Shown here: piece by piece, positions 10,506 through 21,356 of the stretch | Layout: each line of letters opens with the position of its first letter | Numbering within the stretch: the first letter of the stretch is position 1 | DNA from: Gammaproteobacteria bacterium RIFCSPHIGHO2_12_FULL_35_23 | Lineage (GTDB): Bacteria > Pseudomonadota > Gammaproteobacteria > UBA12402 | Length of the DNA stretch: 64,000 nt | NCBI GenBank assembly: GCA_001801465.1 | Contig: MGXT01000020.1 | Location: forward strand, 134,228 to 198,227 | Reading direction: 5' to 3' | Program-made: the position numbers and the translations under genes | The notes under the pieces: generated by a model | The model's database searches: none | What the model was told of the DNA's origin: nothing | The model's input: the letters and a program-made list of their open reading frames with translations, nothing else

Positions 10506-11375
10506 ATGGAAGTCTTAGTCATTGATTATCAATCATCTGATGCAGCTAAGAAATTTATAGAATCAATTCGTAATACAGGGTTTGGTGTTTTAACTAACCA
10601 TAAAATTGACCACCAATTGATTGACACAGCCTATCAAGATTGGATAACCTTTTTTGCTTTGTCTGAAGCAGAAAAAAGACGGTATTTATTTAAACGAGAT
10701 TATGAGCAAGTACAGGATGGTTTTTTTCCTTTAGACGTTGCTGAGGTTGCTAAAGGTAATACCATTAGAGATATTAAAGAGTTTTATCATTTTTATCCTT
10801 GTTCCAAGAAGTTACCTGCTTGTATTAGTGTTGCAACGAGCCAATTACGGCTGGAATTATTGGCTATGGCAAAGATATTATTAGGTTGGTTAGAGCAAGC
10901 TTTACCGGTAAATTTAAAACAACAATTAAGTATGCCGCTTCGTGATATGGCTGATGAAGAATTTCAAACTTTATTGCGAATTTTGCACTATCCACCTTTA
11001 ATGGACTCTATTGAAGAAGACGCAGTTCGAGCAGCTCCGCATGAAGACATCAATCTTATTACTTTGTTAGTAGCTGCTTCAGCACCAGGTTTACAAGTAA
11101 AGGATGCTCAGGGGAATTGGTATAATGTACCTTGTGAGAAAAATAATATTGTGGTTAATGTAGGAGATATGTTGCAAGAAGCGACCGATAGTTTTTATAA
11201 AGCAACTACTCATCAAGTCATTAATCCAATGGGGGCTTTGGCAAAAGTTTCTCGTTTTTCAATGCCGTTATTTTTGCATGCTCGAAATGAAGTTGTCCTT
11301 TCTAAACGGTATACGGCCGAGGCGTATCGTAATGAGCGCTTGCGAGAACTTGGACTCCTAGAAGAAATTAAATAA
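10506..11375 (+). CDS. 2-oxoglutarate/Fe(II)-dependent oxygenase, isopenicillin N synthase-like
   Basis: LRILHYPP, HxD (HEDINLITLL), distal His (KATTHQV), RxS (SRFSMPLF). Confidence 0.9.
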   Translation: MEVLVIDYQSSDAAKKFIESIRNTGFGVLTNHKIDHQLIDTAYQDWITFFALSEAEKRRYLFKRDYEQVQDGFFPLDVAEVAKGNTIRDIKEFYHFYPCSKKLPACISVATSQLRLELLAMAKILLGWLEQALPVNLKQQLSMPLRDMADEEFQTLLRILHYPPLMDSIEEDAVRAAPHEDINLITLLVAASAPGLQVKDAQGNWYNVPCEKNNIVVNVGDMLQEATDSFYKATTHQVINPMGALAKVSRFSMPLFLHARNEVVLSKRYTAEAYRNERLRELGLLEEIK

Positions 11376-11493
11376 TCGTTTAACTTATCATGACCTTAGG
11401 ATGGTTTAATGGGTTAGGCAAACAGCTTTGCCAGCCTAACTATTACCCTTTGAATAAAAATTAACTGCATTTTCTAAAAAAAATAGTTTCACC

Positions 11494-11523
11494 TTGCATT
11501 AGCTGGTATTTTTTTGATATAGT
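11494..11523 (+). promoter_or_regulatory. sigma70-type promoter of the tRNA-fMet/rimP operon
   Basis: TTGCAT-18nt-TATAGT followed by C-rich discriminator, 14 nt upstream of the tRNA. Confidence 0.55.
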
Positions 11524-11537
11524 ACACCCCTTACTGA

Positions 11538-11614
<77 letters not shown>

Positions 11615-11629
11615 AATTAATAAGAAAGG

Positions 11630-11649
11630 ACCCCGATAGGGGTTTTTTT
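11630..11649 (+). terminator. first terminator between tRNA-fMet and rimP
   Basis: ACCCC-GATA-GGGGT followed by T-run. Confidence 0.75.
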
Positions 11650-11654
11650 ATAAG

Positions 11655-11676
11655 GTGGGCTACAGGCCCATTTTTT
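11655..11676 (+). promoter_or_regulatory. rimP-leader attenuator hairpin
   Basis: GTGGGC-TACAG-GCCCAT plus T6; GGGC/GCCC terminator hairpin typical of the rimP leader. Confidence 0.75.
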
Positions 11677-11727
11677 ATTTAAGGATTTGTTACTGAAAAT
11701 ATTAGAAACAGATCTGATGAGGAAAAA

Positions 11728-12189
11728 ATGATTGATGCAAAAGGCCAACAGCTTAATAAAATTTTAGCGCCTGTTGTAGAACAAATGGGCTATGAATATA
11801 TTGGCTGTGATTTTATTATACAAGGTCATTTTTCATTAGTAAGAGTGTACATTGATAAAGAAGGCGGAGTAGGGATTGATGATTGCGCAGAGGTTAGTCA
11901 TCAGATAAGTGGTATACTGGATGTGGAAGATCTAATAAAAACTCGCTATAACCTAGAAGTATCTTCCCCAGGATTGGATCGCCCTTTATTTACAGTAACA
12001 CAATTTTGTAAGGCTATTGGCCAACAAATTAAAATAAGAACCAATATGCCGATTGATGGACAAAGAAAGTTTACAGGGATTTTATCAACAGTGATTGATG
12101 AAAATATAGTGTTAGTTATAAATAATGAAGAAGTAACTATTCCGTATATAACTATAACTAAGGCGAATATTGTTTATCAATTTAAATAA
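11728..12189 (+). CDS. rimP: ribosome maturation factor RimP
   Basis: RVYIDKEGGVGIDDC, YNLEVSSPGLDRPL. Confidence 0.96.
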   Translation: MIDAKGQQLNKILAPVVEQMGYEYIGCDFIIQGHFSLVRVYIDKEGGVGIDDCAEVSHQISGILDVEDLIKTRYNLEVSSPGLDRPLFTVTQFCKAIGQQIKIRTNMPIDGQRKFTGILSTVIDENIVLVINNEEVTIPYITITKANIVYQFK

Positions 12190-12278
12190 CGAGTCCTTAA
12201 AAAAGGGCGAGCAGGGGTGGTCTTAAGATTTTCTTAAGATGGGTAAAAATTAATAGACAGGAATGTGAGGCAGAAACG

Positions 12279-13763
12279 ATGAGTAAAGAAATATTAATTA
12301 TGGCAGAAATAATTTCTAATGAGAAAGAATTGCCAAAAGAAATTATTTTTCAAGCAATTGAATCTGCTTTAGCGTCTGCGACTAAAAAACGACATATAAA
12401 AGACATTGATGTACGAGTAGCAATAAACAAAAAAACGGGTGACCATGAAACTTTTCGCCGTTGGTTAGTAGTAGATAAAAATGATCTTGAACTTGAATTT
12501 GATTCTGAAAAACATATGACTTTAGAAGAAGCTAAAGAAAAATCTCCCAAACTTAAATTAGGTGATTACTATGAAGAACCTATGGAGTCGGTTGAGTTTG
12601 GTAGAATTGCAGCGCAAACAGCAAGACAAGTTATTGGACAAAAAGTAAGAGAGGCTGAGCGTAATCAAATTGCGGAAGTTTACCGCAAAAAATTAGGCCA
12701 ATTAATTACTGGGGTTGTTAAAAAAGTAAGTCGAGATAATATTATTTTAGATTTAGGCAATAATGCAGAAGTTGTTATTCCGCGTAGTGAGATGTTACCG
12801 CGTGAAACGGCCAGAATTAATGATCGTATGCGAGCTTATTTATATGATATTAATGAAGCAAGCTATAAAGGTCCTCAGTTATTAGCTAGCCGTACTTGTA
12901 ATGAAATGTTAATTGAGCTATTTAGAATTGAAGTGCCAGAAATAGGGGAAGAACTTTTAGAAATTAAGTCGGTGGCGCGCGATCCAGGTTCTCGAGCCAA
13001 GTTGGCGGTCAAGACTAATGATGGACGTATTGATCCAATTGGCGCCTGTATTGGTATGCGAGGAGCTCGTGTGCAAGCAGTATCGAATGAGCTAGGTGGA
13101 GAGCGAGTAGACATCGTTTTATGGGACGATAATCCAGCACAATTTGTGATTAATGCAATGGCTCCAGCAGAAGTGGTCTCAATTGTGGTTGATGAAGATA
13201 AACATACAATGAATGTTGCAGTAGCTGAAGAGCAACTTTCTCAAGCGATAGGTCGGAATGGACAAAACGTCCGTTTAGCTTCTGAATTAACGGGCTGGAC
13301 GTTAAATGTTATGACTGAGGCTGAAGCTCAAAGCAAAAGCGAAATGGAAGTTGCCGATATTATTAAGCTATTTGTTGATATTTTGGATGTAGATGAAGAG
13401 GTGGCAACGGTATTAGTAGAAGAAGGATTTACTACATTAGAAGAAATTGCGTATGTTCCTTTACAAGAAATGTTAAGTATCGAAGGTTTCGATGAAGAAA
13501 TTGTCACTGAACTACGTAACAGAGCAAAACAAGCTTTACAAAATATGCCCTCAAGTTCTGGTAAAATGCCCGCTGAGGATTTATTAGCATTACCTGGTAT
13601 GGATGTAGTGTTGGCGCATCGTTTGGCAGCAATAGGAATCATTACTCAAGAAGATCTTGCTGAGCAGTCGATCATTGAGTTAACAGAAGCCGTTAAGATT
13701 GATGAAAAGCAAGCGGCAGAGCTGATTATGGCGGCTCGTGCACCTTGGTTTGAAGAAAAGTAA
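12279..13763 (+). CDS. nusA: transcription termination/antitermination factor NusA
   Basis: [14 protein letters not shown]1 and KH domains ([33 protein letters not shown]), acidic C-terminal repeats ending ARAPWF. Confidence 0.98.
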   Translation: MSKEILIMAEIISNEKELPKEIIFQAIESALASATKKRHIKDIDVRVAINKKTGDHETFRRWLVVDKNDLELEFDSEKHMTLEEAKEKSPKLKLGDYYEEPMESVEFGRIAAQTARQVIGQKVREAERNQIAEVYRKKLGQLITGVVKKVSRDNIILDLGNNAEVVIPRSEMLPRETARINDRMRAYLYDINEASYKGPQLLASRTCNEMLIELFRIEVPEIGEELLEIKSVARDPGSRAKLAVKTNDGRIDPIGACIGMRGARVQAVSNELGGERVDIVLWDDNPAQFVINAMAPAEVVSIVVDEDKHTMNVAVAEEQLSQAIGRNGQNVRLASELTGWTLNVMTEAEAQSKSEMEVADIIKLFVDILDVDEEVATVLVEEGFTTLEEIAYVPLQEMLSIEGFDEEIVTELRNRAKQALQNMPSSSGKMPAEDLLALPGMDVVLAHRLAAIGIITQEDLAEQSIIELTEAVKIDEKQAAELIMAARAPWFEEK

Positions 13764-13794
13764 AGTCTATAATAATGTAGTAAGAGGAAATGCT

Positions 13795-16443
13795 ATGGCA
13801 GCAGATAAAATAACAGCAAATGATTTTGCCAAACAGTTGGGGATGCCTGTTGAAAAGCTATTGGAGCATTTCAAAGCCGCAAATATGCGCGTTAAAGATA
13901 AGGATCAGCTGGTTTCTGCAGTACAGCAGCAAAAAGTAAAAAAACTTTTAGATACTCTCCTAGAGAAAGAAACCCCTAAAAAAGAAAAAAAAGAGATGCA
14001 AACTAATCAAATAAAAGAAAAAGCTAAAAAAATTGAATTTACTAAGCCTGAGATTAAAAAAGAGGTAGTTACTTTAGAGAAACCTGCTGGAAATTCTGCG
14101 AGCGAAGGCCCTAAAAAAATTACCTTGCGTAGACATACATTAAGTAAGTTAAAAGTCACCGGTTCCCATGGCGATAAAAGAACGGTGAATGTTAAAGTAA
14201 TTAAAAAACGTACCTATATTAAGCGTGGCGCTGCGTCTGAGGGCGTCAAGGAGCCTATGGAAGAAGAAGTACAAACACCTTTGTCTACACAAGCGCTTAC
14301 CAAAGAAGAACTTATTAGTCAGCAAGTGGAACAGGGTTTACTAGAGGAAAAAGCTGGTAAAGCTAATTTAGAAGAAAAACAACAGCCGGAGCCTGGATCA
14401 GTAGCCGCTATGGAGCTGGCTGATAAAAAGAAAAAGCATAAGGGGCATAAAGATAAATCAGCTGAAGACGAAGAAGAAAGTGAGGATGAGCGCAATAAGC
14501 GTAAGAAAAAAGCAAAAGCTCGTGAAGATTTTAAAGAAAAGCATCATCACCGACGACTAGATATAAGAATGTTGCCGTTGGAAGAAGAATTGACTGAAGA
14601 AGAGGCAGCTAAGCTTTTTCAACCTAAATCTCGGCTTGTGGTTAGTCATGTTTCTCGTAAACAAAAATTTGAAATGCCGACTAAACCAACTATATATGAA
14701 GTGGTGATTAAAGAAAGTATACTAGTTTCTGACTTAGCTCAAAAAATGTCAATCAAAGCTGCTGAGGTTATTAAATGTTTAATGAAAATGGGAATTATGG
14801 CGGCAATTAACCAGTCTATAGATCAAGATACAGCAGTCTTAGTCGTTGAAGAATTAGGTCATAAGCCTGTTATTGCCAAGAGCGATGCAATTGAAGATAC
14901 AGTTTATGAGGGCTTAGATATCTCTGCGGCAAAAGTTGCCAGAGCCCCAGTTGTAACAATTATGGGACACGTGGATCATGGTAAAACAACTTTACTAGAT
15001 TACATACGTCGTACTAAAGTTGCAGCAGGCGAAGCGGGTGGTATTACTCAAAACATTGGTGCCTATCATGTTGAAACCAGCAAGGGAGTTATAACCTTTT
15101 TAGATACTCCTGGCCATGAAGCTTTCACTGCTATGCGTGCTAGAGGCGCCGAAGCAACAGATATAGTAGTATTAGTTGTTGCGGCAGATGATGGGGTGAT
15201 GCCACAAACGTTAGAAGCAATACAGCATGCAAAAGCTGGTAAAGTACCTATTGTTGTAGCAATTAACAAAATGGATAAGCCTGACGCTGATCCAGAAAAG
15301 ATAAAATCTGAGTTGGCAAATCATGAGGTTATTTCAGAAGGATGGGGTGGCGAAGTGATGTTTGTCAATATCTCTGCTAAAACTGGTTTAGGAGTAGATG
15401 CCTTATTAGATAGCATTTTACTGCAAGCAGAGGTTTTAGAGTTAAAGGCTAGAGTAGAAGGGCCTGCACAAGGTATAGTGCTTGAAGCACGATTAGATAA
15501 AGGACAGGGTCCTGTTGCTGCAGTCTTGGTTCAAGAAGGAACTTTAAAATTAGGAGATATTGTTTTAGCTGGATTGCGCTATGGTCGAGTGCGAGCCATG
15601 CTTGATGAGAATGGTCGTGAGATTCAAGAAGCTGGCTCCTCTATTCCTGTAGAAATTGTAGGTATTTCAGAGCCTCCACAAGCTGGAGATAAATTTGCAG
15701 TTGTAGCTAGTGAGCGTAAAGCCAAAGAAATAGCTTTATTTAGACTGAGTAAGTTTCGAGAAGAGAAGTTGGCGAAACAACAAACGACTAGCCTTGAAAA
15801 TTTATTTGAAAAAATGGGTCAGGGTGAAACTCAAATCTTAAAAATTATTTTAAAAGCTAATGTTCAAGGGTCACTAGAAGCTTTGACTGATGCCTTACAA
15901 AAAATTTCTACTGATAAAGCCAAAGTTGAAATAATAGCTAAAGGGGTTGGAGGTATTACAGGTTCGGATGCTAATTTGGCATTGGCTTCAGATGCAGTTA
16001 TTGTGGGTTTTAATGTACGTGCTGATGCTTTAGCTAGACAAATTATTGCTAGTGAAAAAATTGATGTGCACTACCATAGTATTATTTATGATGCGATTGA
16101 TGAAGTAAAAAAAGCGCTTGAAGGTATATTGAAACCTGAGTACAAAGAAGAAATTATTGGTTTAGCTCAAGTAAGAGAAGTATTCCGTTCTTCAAAACTT
16201 GGTGCCATAGCTGGTTGTATGGTTATAGAGGGCATTGTTAAGCGTAATAAACCTATTCGCGTTTTACGTGATAATGTCGTGATTTACGAAGGAGAGCTAG
16301 AATCATTGCGTCGTTTTAAAGATGATGTAGGTGAAGTGCGTAAAGGTATAGAATGCGGTATAGGCGTAAAAAATTATAATGATATTAAATCTGGCGATCA
16401 AATTGAAGTGTTTGATTCTGTGCGGATTGTTAGTAAACTTTAG
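13795..16443 (+). CDS. infB: translation initiation factor IF-2
   Basis: [28 protein letters not shown] 13795 after AGAGGA (the ORF-track start 13738 lies inside nusA). Confidence 0.98.
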   Translation: MAADKITANDFAKQLGMPVEKLLEHFKAANMRVKDKDQLVSAVQQQKVKKLLDTLLEKETPKKEKKEMQTNQIKEKAKKIEFTKPEIKKEVVTLEKPAGNSASEGPKKITLRRHTLSKLKVTGSHGDKRTVNVKVIKKRTYIKRGAASEGVKEPMEEEVQTPLSTQALTKEELISQQVEQGLLEEKAGKANLEEKQQPEPGSVAAMELADKKKKHKGHKDKSAEDEEESEDERNKRKKKAKAREDFKEKHHHRRLDIRMLPLEEELTEEEAAKLFQPKSRLVVSHVSRKQKFEMPTKPTIYEVVIKESILVSDLAQKMSIKAAEVIKCLMKMGIMAAINQSIDQDTAVLVVEELGHKPVIAKSDAIEDTVYEGLDISAAKVARAPVVTIMGHVDHGKTTLLDYIRRTKVAAGEAGGITQNIGAYHVETSKGVITFLDTPGHEAFTAMRARGAEATDIVVLVVAADDGVMPQTLEAIQHAKAGKVPIVVAINKMDKPDADPEKIKSELANHEVISEGWGGEVMFVNISAKTGLGVDALLDSILLQAEVLELKARVEGPAQGIVLEARLDKGQGPVAAVLVQEGTLKLGDIVLAGLRYGRVRAMLDENGREIQEAGSSIPVEIVGISEPPQAGDKFAVVASERKAKEIALFRLSKFREEKLAKQQTTSLENLFEKMGQGETQILKIILKANVQGSLEALTDALQKISTDKAKVEIIAKGVGGITGSDANLALASDAVIVGFNVRADALARQIIASEKIDVHYHSIIYDAIDEVKKALEGILKPEYKEEIIGLAQVREVFRSSKLGAIAGCMVIEGIVKRNKPIRVLRDNVVIYEGELESLRRFKDDVGEVRKGIECGIGVKNYNDIKSGDQIEVFDSVRIVSKL

Positions 16444-16452
16444 GCAGCAGCT

Positions 16453-16815
16453 GTGAAAACAAATAATCGTATAGTTCGAGTTGCGCAACAAATTCGTATC
16501 GAACTTGCTAAAATTATCTCATCTGAAATTAAAGATCCGCGGTTAGGGATTTTGACAGTTACTGATGTAGAGGTAACACGAGACTTTTCTTATGCAAAAG
16601 TATACTTTGTAGTAAGGGATAAAAGCCATGCTAAACAAAGTTGCGAAGTGTTAACCAAAGCCGCTGGCTTTTTAAGGCGTTGTTTGGCGCAAGAAATGTT
16701 ATTACGCCATATTCCTCAGTTAGAGTTTCACTATGATGAATCATTTGAGTATGGTAATCAGATCGATGATTTATTACGAAAAGTGAAAATACAGCCTGAA
16801 GAAGATCAAAAGTAG
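16453..16815 (+). CDS. rbfA: ribosome-binding factor A
   Basis: RVAQQIR, IKDPRLG..TVTDVEVTRD, PQLEFHYDES. Confidence 0.96.
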   Translation: MKTNNRIVRVAQQIRIELAKIISSEIKDPRLGILTVTDVEVTRDFSYAKVYFVVRDKSHAKQSCEVLTKAAGFLRRCLAQEMLLRHIPQLEFHYDESFEYGNQIDDLLRKVKIQPEEDQK

Positions 16816-16858
16816 CAAGCTGAGCATATAAATTTAACTCTTAGCTAAATTAAAGTAC

Positions 16859-17767
16859 ATGAATAAAGTTCAACGTGAAAAAATTAATGGCGTATTGCTA
16901 CTTGATAAGCCTGTTGGTATTTCTTCAAGTAAAGCTTGTCTTATTGCTAAAAAATTATTTCATGCTGACAAAGCGGGTCATACAGGTAGTTTGGATGTAT
17001 TAGCTTCAGGTTTGTTGCCTATTTGTTTCGGTGAAGCAACTAAGTTTTCTCAGGTTCTTTTAGAGGCTGATAAGTGTTACTACACGATAGCAAAATTGGG
17101 AGCAAAAACCACAACTGGAGACGCTGAGGGAGAGATAATTGCAACGGGTGATTGTTCTACTCTTAATTTATCATTAATACAAAAAGTTCTGGCTAAATTT
17201 CTTGGCGAAACAGAACAAACACCCTCTATGTATTCAGCATTAAAATATCACGGACAGCCGCTTTATAAATTGGCAAGGCAAGGAATAGAAGTTGCTAGGG
17301 CCGCAAGAAAAATTATTATTTATGAGATAACTGTTTCGCGTTTTCATCAAGATGAATTAGAGTTATTGGTTCATTGTAGTAAAGGGACTTATATTCGTAA
17401 TTTAATTGAAGATATAGGAGAAGTATTAGGGTGCTTTGCTTATGTAAAATTTCTAAAGCGTATTAAGACAGGGAGCTTTAGCTTAGAGTATGCGAGTAAA
17501 ATAGAAAGTTTGAATGCTAGAGCTGAATCAGAGGGTTACCAGGTTTTACAGCAATTATTATTGCCAGTGGATAGCTTGCTGCAATCTTACCCAGTTTTAA
17601 GCCTTACTAGGGAAGAGGCGCAAAGAATTGAATTTGGACAAAAAATAACCGTTTCTCAAGGGTTTAGGGGATTAGTAAGACTTTATAGTCCTGAGCGATT
17701 TTTAGGCTTAGGTGAGATGGATGAAAATCAGTGTTTAAGAGCAAAGCGCTTAGTTAAATATTACTAA
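16859..17767 (+). CDS. truB: tRNA pseudouridine(55) synthase
   Basis: GVLLLDKP, KAGHTGSLD, MYSALK..GQPLYKLAR, CSKGTYIR. Confidence 0.97.
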   Translation: MNKVQREKINGVLLLDKPVGISSSKACLIAKKLFHADKAGHTGSLDVLASGLLPICFGEATKFSQVLLEADKCYYTIAKLGAKTTTGDAEGEIIATGDCSTLNLSLIQKVLAKFLGETEQTPSMYSALKYHGQPLYKLARQGIEVARAARKIIIYEITVSRFHQDELELLVHCSKGTYIRNLIEDIGEVLGCFAYVKFLKRIKTGSFSLEYASKIESLNARAESEGYQVLQQLLLPVDSLLQSYPVLSLTREEAQRIEFGQKITVSQGFRGLVRLYSPERFLGLGEMDENQCLRAKRLVKYY

Positions 17768-17803
17768 AAAGCAGCTAAAACTACAGTTTCTAGAGTGCAA
17801 CTG

Positions 17804-17832
17804 TTGCTTATTTTCATAGCATCTCGTAAAAT
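17804..17832 (+). promoter_or_regulatory. sigma70 promoter of the rpsF operon
   Basis: TTGCTT-17nt-TAAAAT followed by GC-rich discriminator GGCCGC. Confidence 0.7.
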
Positions 17833-17845
17833 GGCCGCTCTTTAA

Positions 17846-17903
17846 TCCTTGCTTGACTATCCCTAGAAAATCTATATAGCAGGCTTTATTAACCATAAGG
17901 AGC
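17846..17903 (+). promoter_or_regulatory. S6:S18-type ribosomal-protein leader
   Basis: 5' TCCTT pairs with the SD AAGGA, inner GCTTG/CAGGC stem, unpaired CCA just before the SD. Confidence 0.65.
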
Positions 17904-17907
17904 TTTT

Positions 17908-18252
17908 ATGAGACATTATGAAATTGTCATCATGATCCATCCGGATCAAAGTGATCAAGTACCAGCTATGCTGACCCGTTATAATCAATTAATTGAAAAA
18001 AATGGTGGCAAGGTTCACCGTCAAGAAGATTGGGGTCGACGCCATTTAACTTATCCAATTAATAAAGTCCATAAAGCACACTACATATTGATTAATATTG
18101 AGTGTGATCAAAAAACTTTAGCTGAACTTGAATATTTATTTAGGTTTAATGATGCTGTCATAAGACATATGGTCTTAGTTCAAAATGCAGCTATTACAGA
18201 GCCTTCAGCAATGATGAAAGAAAGTGAGCATGATGAAATTTCGGTTCAATAA
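17908..18252 (+). CDS. rpsF: 30S ribosomal protein S6
   Basis: [44 protein letters not shown]. Confidence 0.97.
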   Translation: MRHYEIVIMIHPDQSDQVPAMLTRYNQLIEKNGGKVHRQEDWGRRHLTYPINKVHKAHYILINIECDQKTLAELEYLFRFNDAVIRHMVLVQNAAITEPSAMMKESEHDEISVQ

Positions 18253-18298
18253 TCGAAAAAATTCAATCTAATATGAACAGTATAATAGGAGAATGAGA

Positions 18299-18520
18299 AT
18301 GATATCTCGACGTAAAAAGCTTTGTTATTTTACTGCAAAGAACATTAAACAAGTTGATTATAAAGATATAAATCTTTTGAAAAAATTTATTACTGAAACA
18401 GGTAAAATTGTACCTAGTCGTATAACAGGTACGAAAGCTAAATATCAACGTCAATTAGCTGCAGCGATAAAGCAAGCACGTTTTTTGGCATTATTACCTT
18501 ATTGCGATCAACACAAATAG
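18299..18520 (+). CDS. rpsR: 30S ribosomal protein S18
   Basis: [26 protein letters not shown]...[22 protein letters not shown] 18299 fits AGGAG spacing better than 18293. Confidence 0.97.
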   Translation: MISRRKKLCYFTAKNIKQVDYKDINLLKKFITETGKIVPSRITGTKAKYQRQLAAAIKQARFLALLPYCDQHK

Positions 18521-18542
18521 ATATCGTGGGTTAAAGTCAATA

Positions 18543-19457
18543 ATGATTATTCAACGCTTTACACAATTTATATTAAAGCGCCGTTTTAATGCGATTTTAA
18601 TAGCAATTTTATTTGCTTTAGTGCCTTATTTAAATTGGGTGAGCGGTATTGTTGTTGGCTTAATTACTTTGCGCAAAGGGGTAACAGAAGGTTTTATGAT
18701 AACGTTATGGGCGGCTCTACCAGGTTTGGTTATACTTTTCCATACTGGTTTATGGGTACCTTTTGTAGCCAATGTGGCTTATGGAACTTTTTTGGTATGG
18801 ATATTGGCGATTTTGCTGCGACGTACTGCAAATTGGTCATTGGTGCTTTGTCTCACAGCTTTATTAGGAGTGGTGGGAGTATTAGTAATGCATTTGGCGG
18901 TAAAAAATGTCTCGGCTTGGTGGTTCCAATACTTTAATTTTTCTTTAACCCAACTTGAGCAAGTAGTTAGTATCCCAGCTTCTGCTGAATCAAATATGAC
19001 CATTATGTTACAAAAATTGTCGGTTGTGGCAACGGGCTTGCAAATCATGTTTTTTAGTTTAGCAGCAATCATTGTACTATTTATGGCGCGTGGGCTAGAA
19101 GATAGATTTTTTAAACCAGGTTGTTTAGCACAGGAAGCCTATCAAATAAGAATGCCAATTTTAGCGAGCTTAGTTTTTATTGGGTGGCTTTTTTTGGGGC
19201 GTCAAGAGGCTGGATTTTTTCTTGATGCTTTACCTGTGTTGGTATTACCCTTTATTTTAGCAGGTATTAGTTTAATTCATGCTATTTTGGTAGCAAAAAA
19301 ACTAGCAAGGGGATGGTTTACTGGTTTTTATATTGTGCTCATTTTTATAGCTTTTTTTATGCCAGCGTTATTATTGATAGTGGTAATGATGGCATTATTT
19401 GATAGTTTAATTAATTTTCGTAAACGCTTCTTATTTAATGCTAATAAAATTAGATAA
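18543..19457 (+). CDS. YybS/DUF2232-like integral membrane protein
   Basis: many TM helices, LITLRKG..EG motif, C-terminal DSLINFRKR; usual position between rpsR and rplI. Confidence 0.8.
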   Translation: MIIQRFTQFILKRRFNAILIAILFALVPYLNWVSGIVVGLITLRKGVTEGFMITLWAALPGLVILFHTGLWVPFVANVAYGTFLVWILAILLRRTANWSLVLCLTALLGVVGVLVMHLAVKNVSAWWFQYFNFSLTQLEQVVSIPASAESNMTIMLQKLSVVATGLQIMFFSLAAIIVLFMARGLEDRFFKPGCLAQEAYQIRMPILASLVFIGWLFLGRQEAGFFLDALPVLVLPFILAGISLIHAILVAKKLARGWFTGFYIVLIFIAFFMPALLLIVVMMALFDSLINFRKRFLFNANKIR

Positions 19458-19482
19458 GAGTAAATTGTAGTAGGAGAAAATA

Positions 19483-19935
19483 ATGGAAGTTATATTATTA
19501 GAAAGAGTTCATAAGTTAGGTCGTTTGGGCGACAAGGTAGCTGTGAAGCCAGGTTTTGCACGTAATTATTTAATTCCTTATGGAAAAGCCGTCTCTGCGA
19601 CAGCTGAGAATTTAGTTGCATTTGAAAAGCGCCGTGTTGAACTGGAAAGAAATGCTGCTGAAGCATTGGCTAAGGCAGAGAAAAGAGCTGCAGAACTTAA
19701 TGAGTTAATGGTAATTATGCAGCGTCGTACAGTGGATGATGAGGGTAAACTTTATGGCTCAGTGGGGGTCCATGATATTGCAGAAGCAGTTAATGCAATG
19801 GGCATGGCTCTTGAAAAAAGAGAAATTACTATGCCTTCAGGTCCAATTCGAACATTAGGTGAATATAGTATTGAAATACAGCTTTATAATGATATTACTT
19901 CGGTAATTAAATTACAAATTGAAGCTGAAAAATAA
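19483..19935 (+). CDS. rplI: 50S ribosomal protein L9
   Basis: MEVILLE..KLG.LGD.V.VKPGFARNYLIP, GKLYGSV. Confidence 0.97.
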   Translation: MEVILLERVHKLGRLGDKVAVKPGFARNYLIPYGKAVSATAENLVAFEKRRVELERNAAEALAKAEKRAAELNELMVIMQRRTVDDEGKLYGSVGVHDIAEAVNAMGMALEKREITMPSGPIRTLGEYSIEIQLYNDITSVIKLQIEAEK

Positions 19936-19956
19936 ATAACTGATGGTAATAAGGAT

Positions 19957-21342
19957 ATGCCCATAAAACAGCAGACCGCCGATAAGCAATTAGGTTCTTT
20001 AAAGGTGCCTCCTCATTCAAAGGAGGCTGAGCAATCTGTTTTAGGTGGCATTATGTTGGATCAAAATGCTTGGGATAAGATTGCTGATTTAATTTCTGAA
20101 CAAGATTTCTATCATCGGGAACACCAACTTATCTATAGACAAATGGTTGATTTAGCAAGTAAGCGTCAACCCCTAGATACTTTAACTGTAGCAGAGAATT
20201 TAAAAAAGCATGATCATTTAGAAGAAGTGGGTGGCGAGGTTTATCTCTTTGAATTAGCCAATAATACGCCGAGCGCCGCTAATATTATTGCTTATGCAGA
20301 AATTATTCGTGAGCGTTCCGTGCTAAGACAGCTTATTACAGTGGCTAGAGATATTGCAGATTATGCTTACAATCCTCAAGGAATGGACAGCGTGCAGTTG
20401 TTGGACCAAGCTGAGCGTAAAGTTTTTTCGATTGCGGAACAAACTTCAAAAAGTAGTGGACCAGTTAATATAAAAGCTATTCTAGCTAATACGGTAGATC
20501 GAATTGATACCTTATATAATAGCAAAGAGCCTATTACTGGTTTGGCAACCGGGTTTAATGACTTTGATCAATTAACTGCCGGCTTACAAAAATCGGATAT
20601 GATCATTGTTGCAGGCCGACCTTCTATGGGTAAAACTACTTTTGCTATGAATATAGCAGAACATGCTGCATTAAAAGGCGATAAGCCAGTTTTAGTATTT
20701 AGTATGGAGATGCCGGCAGAAGCTTTAGCTATGCGTATGTTATCATCGTTAGGTCGAATAGACCAACATCGATTGCGTACCGGACATTTAACTGATGATG
20801 ATTGGTCGCGAATTAATTCTGCTATGAGTATGCTATCGCAAGCTTCTTTATACATTGATGATGCAGCAGCGTTAAGTCCTGCTGAAATACGAGCGCGAGC
20901 GCGACGTTTGGCAAAAGAACATGGTCAGCTCGGATTAATTTTAATAGACTACTTACAACTGATGCAAATACCAGGGAGATCAGAAAACCGTACCGTAGAA
21001 GTTTCTGAAATTTCTCGTTCCTTGAAGGCTTTAGCAAAAGAATTAAATGTGCCAGTTATTGCATTGTCGCAATTAAATCGGGGGTTAGAACAGCGCTCTG
21101 ATAAACGGCCGGTCATGTCAGATTTACGTGAATCGGGCTCTATTGAGCAGGATGCTGATCTGATTGCATTTATTTATCGTGATGAAGTTTATAATGAAGA
21201 CAGTCCTAATAAAGGGACTGCTGAAATTATTATTGCAAAGCAACGTAACGGCCCTATTGGTAGAATAACATTGACTTTTTTAGGGCAATTTACACGTTTT
21301 GAAAATTACACGCGAGAAACTTTTGCTGGTGGTTTTAATTAA
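19957..21342 (+). CDS. dnaB: replicative DNA helicase
   Basis: PPHSKEAEQSVLGG, AGRPSMGKTT, IDYLQLM, SDLRESGSIEQDAD; no intein. Confidence 0.98.
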   Translation: MPIKQQTADKQLGSLKVPPHSKEAEQSVLGGIMLDQNAWDKIADLISEQDFYHREHQLIYRQMVDLASKRQPLDTLTVAENLKKHDHLEEVGGEVYLFELANNTPSAANIIAYAEIIRERSVLRQLITVARDIADYAYNPQGMDSVQLLDQAERKVFSIAEQTSKSSGPVNIKAILANTVDRIDTLYNSKEPITGLATGFNDFDQLTAGLQKSDMIIVAGRPSMGKTTFAMNIAEHAALKGDKPVLVFSMEMPAEALAMRMLSSLGRIDQHRLRTGHLTDDDWSRINSAMSMLSQASLYIDDAAALSPAEIRARARRLAKEHGQLGLILIDYLQLMQIPGRSENRTVEVSEISRSLKALAKELNVPVIALSQLNRGLEQRSDKRPVMSDLRESGSIEQDADLIAFIYRDEVYNEDSPNKGTAEIIIAKQRNGPIGRITLTFLGQFTRFENYTRETFAGGFN

Positions 21343-21356
21343 ATAAGAGATAATCT

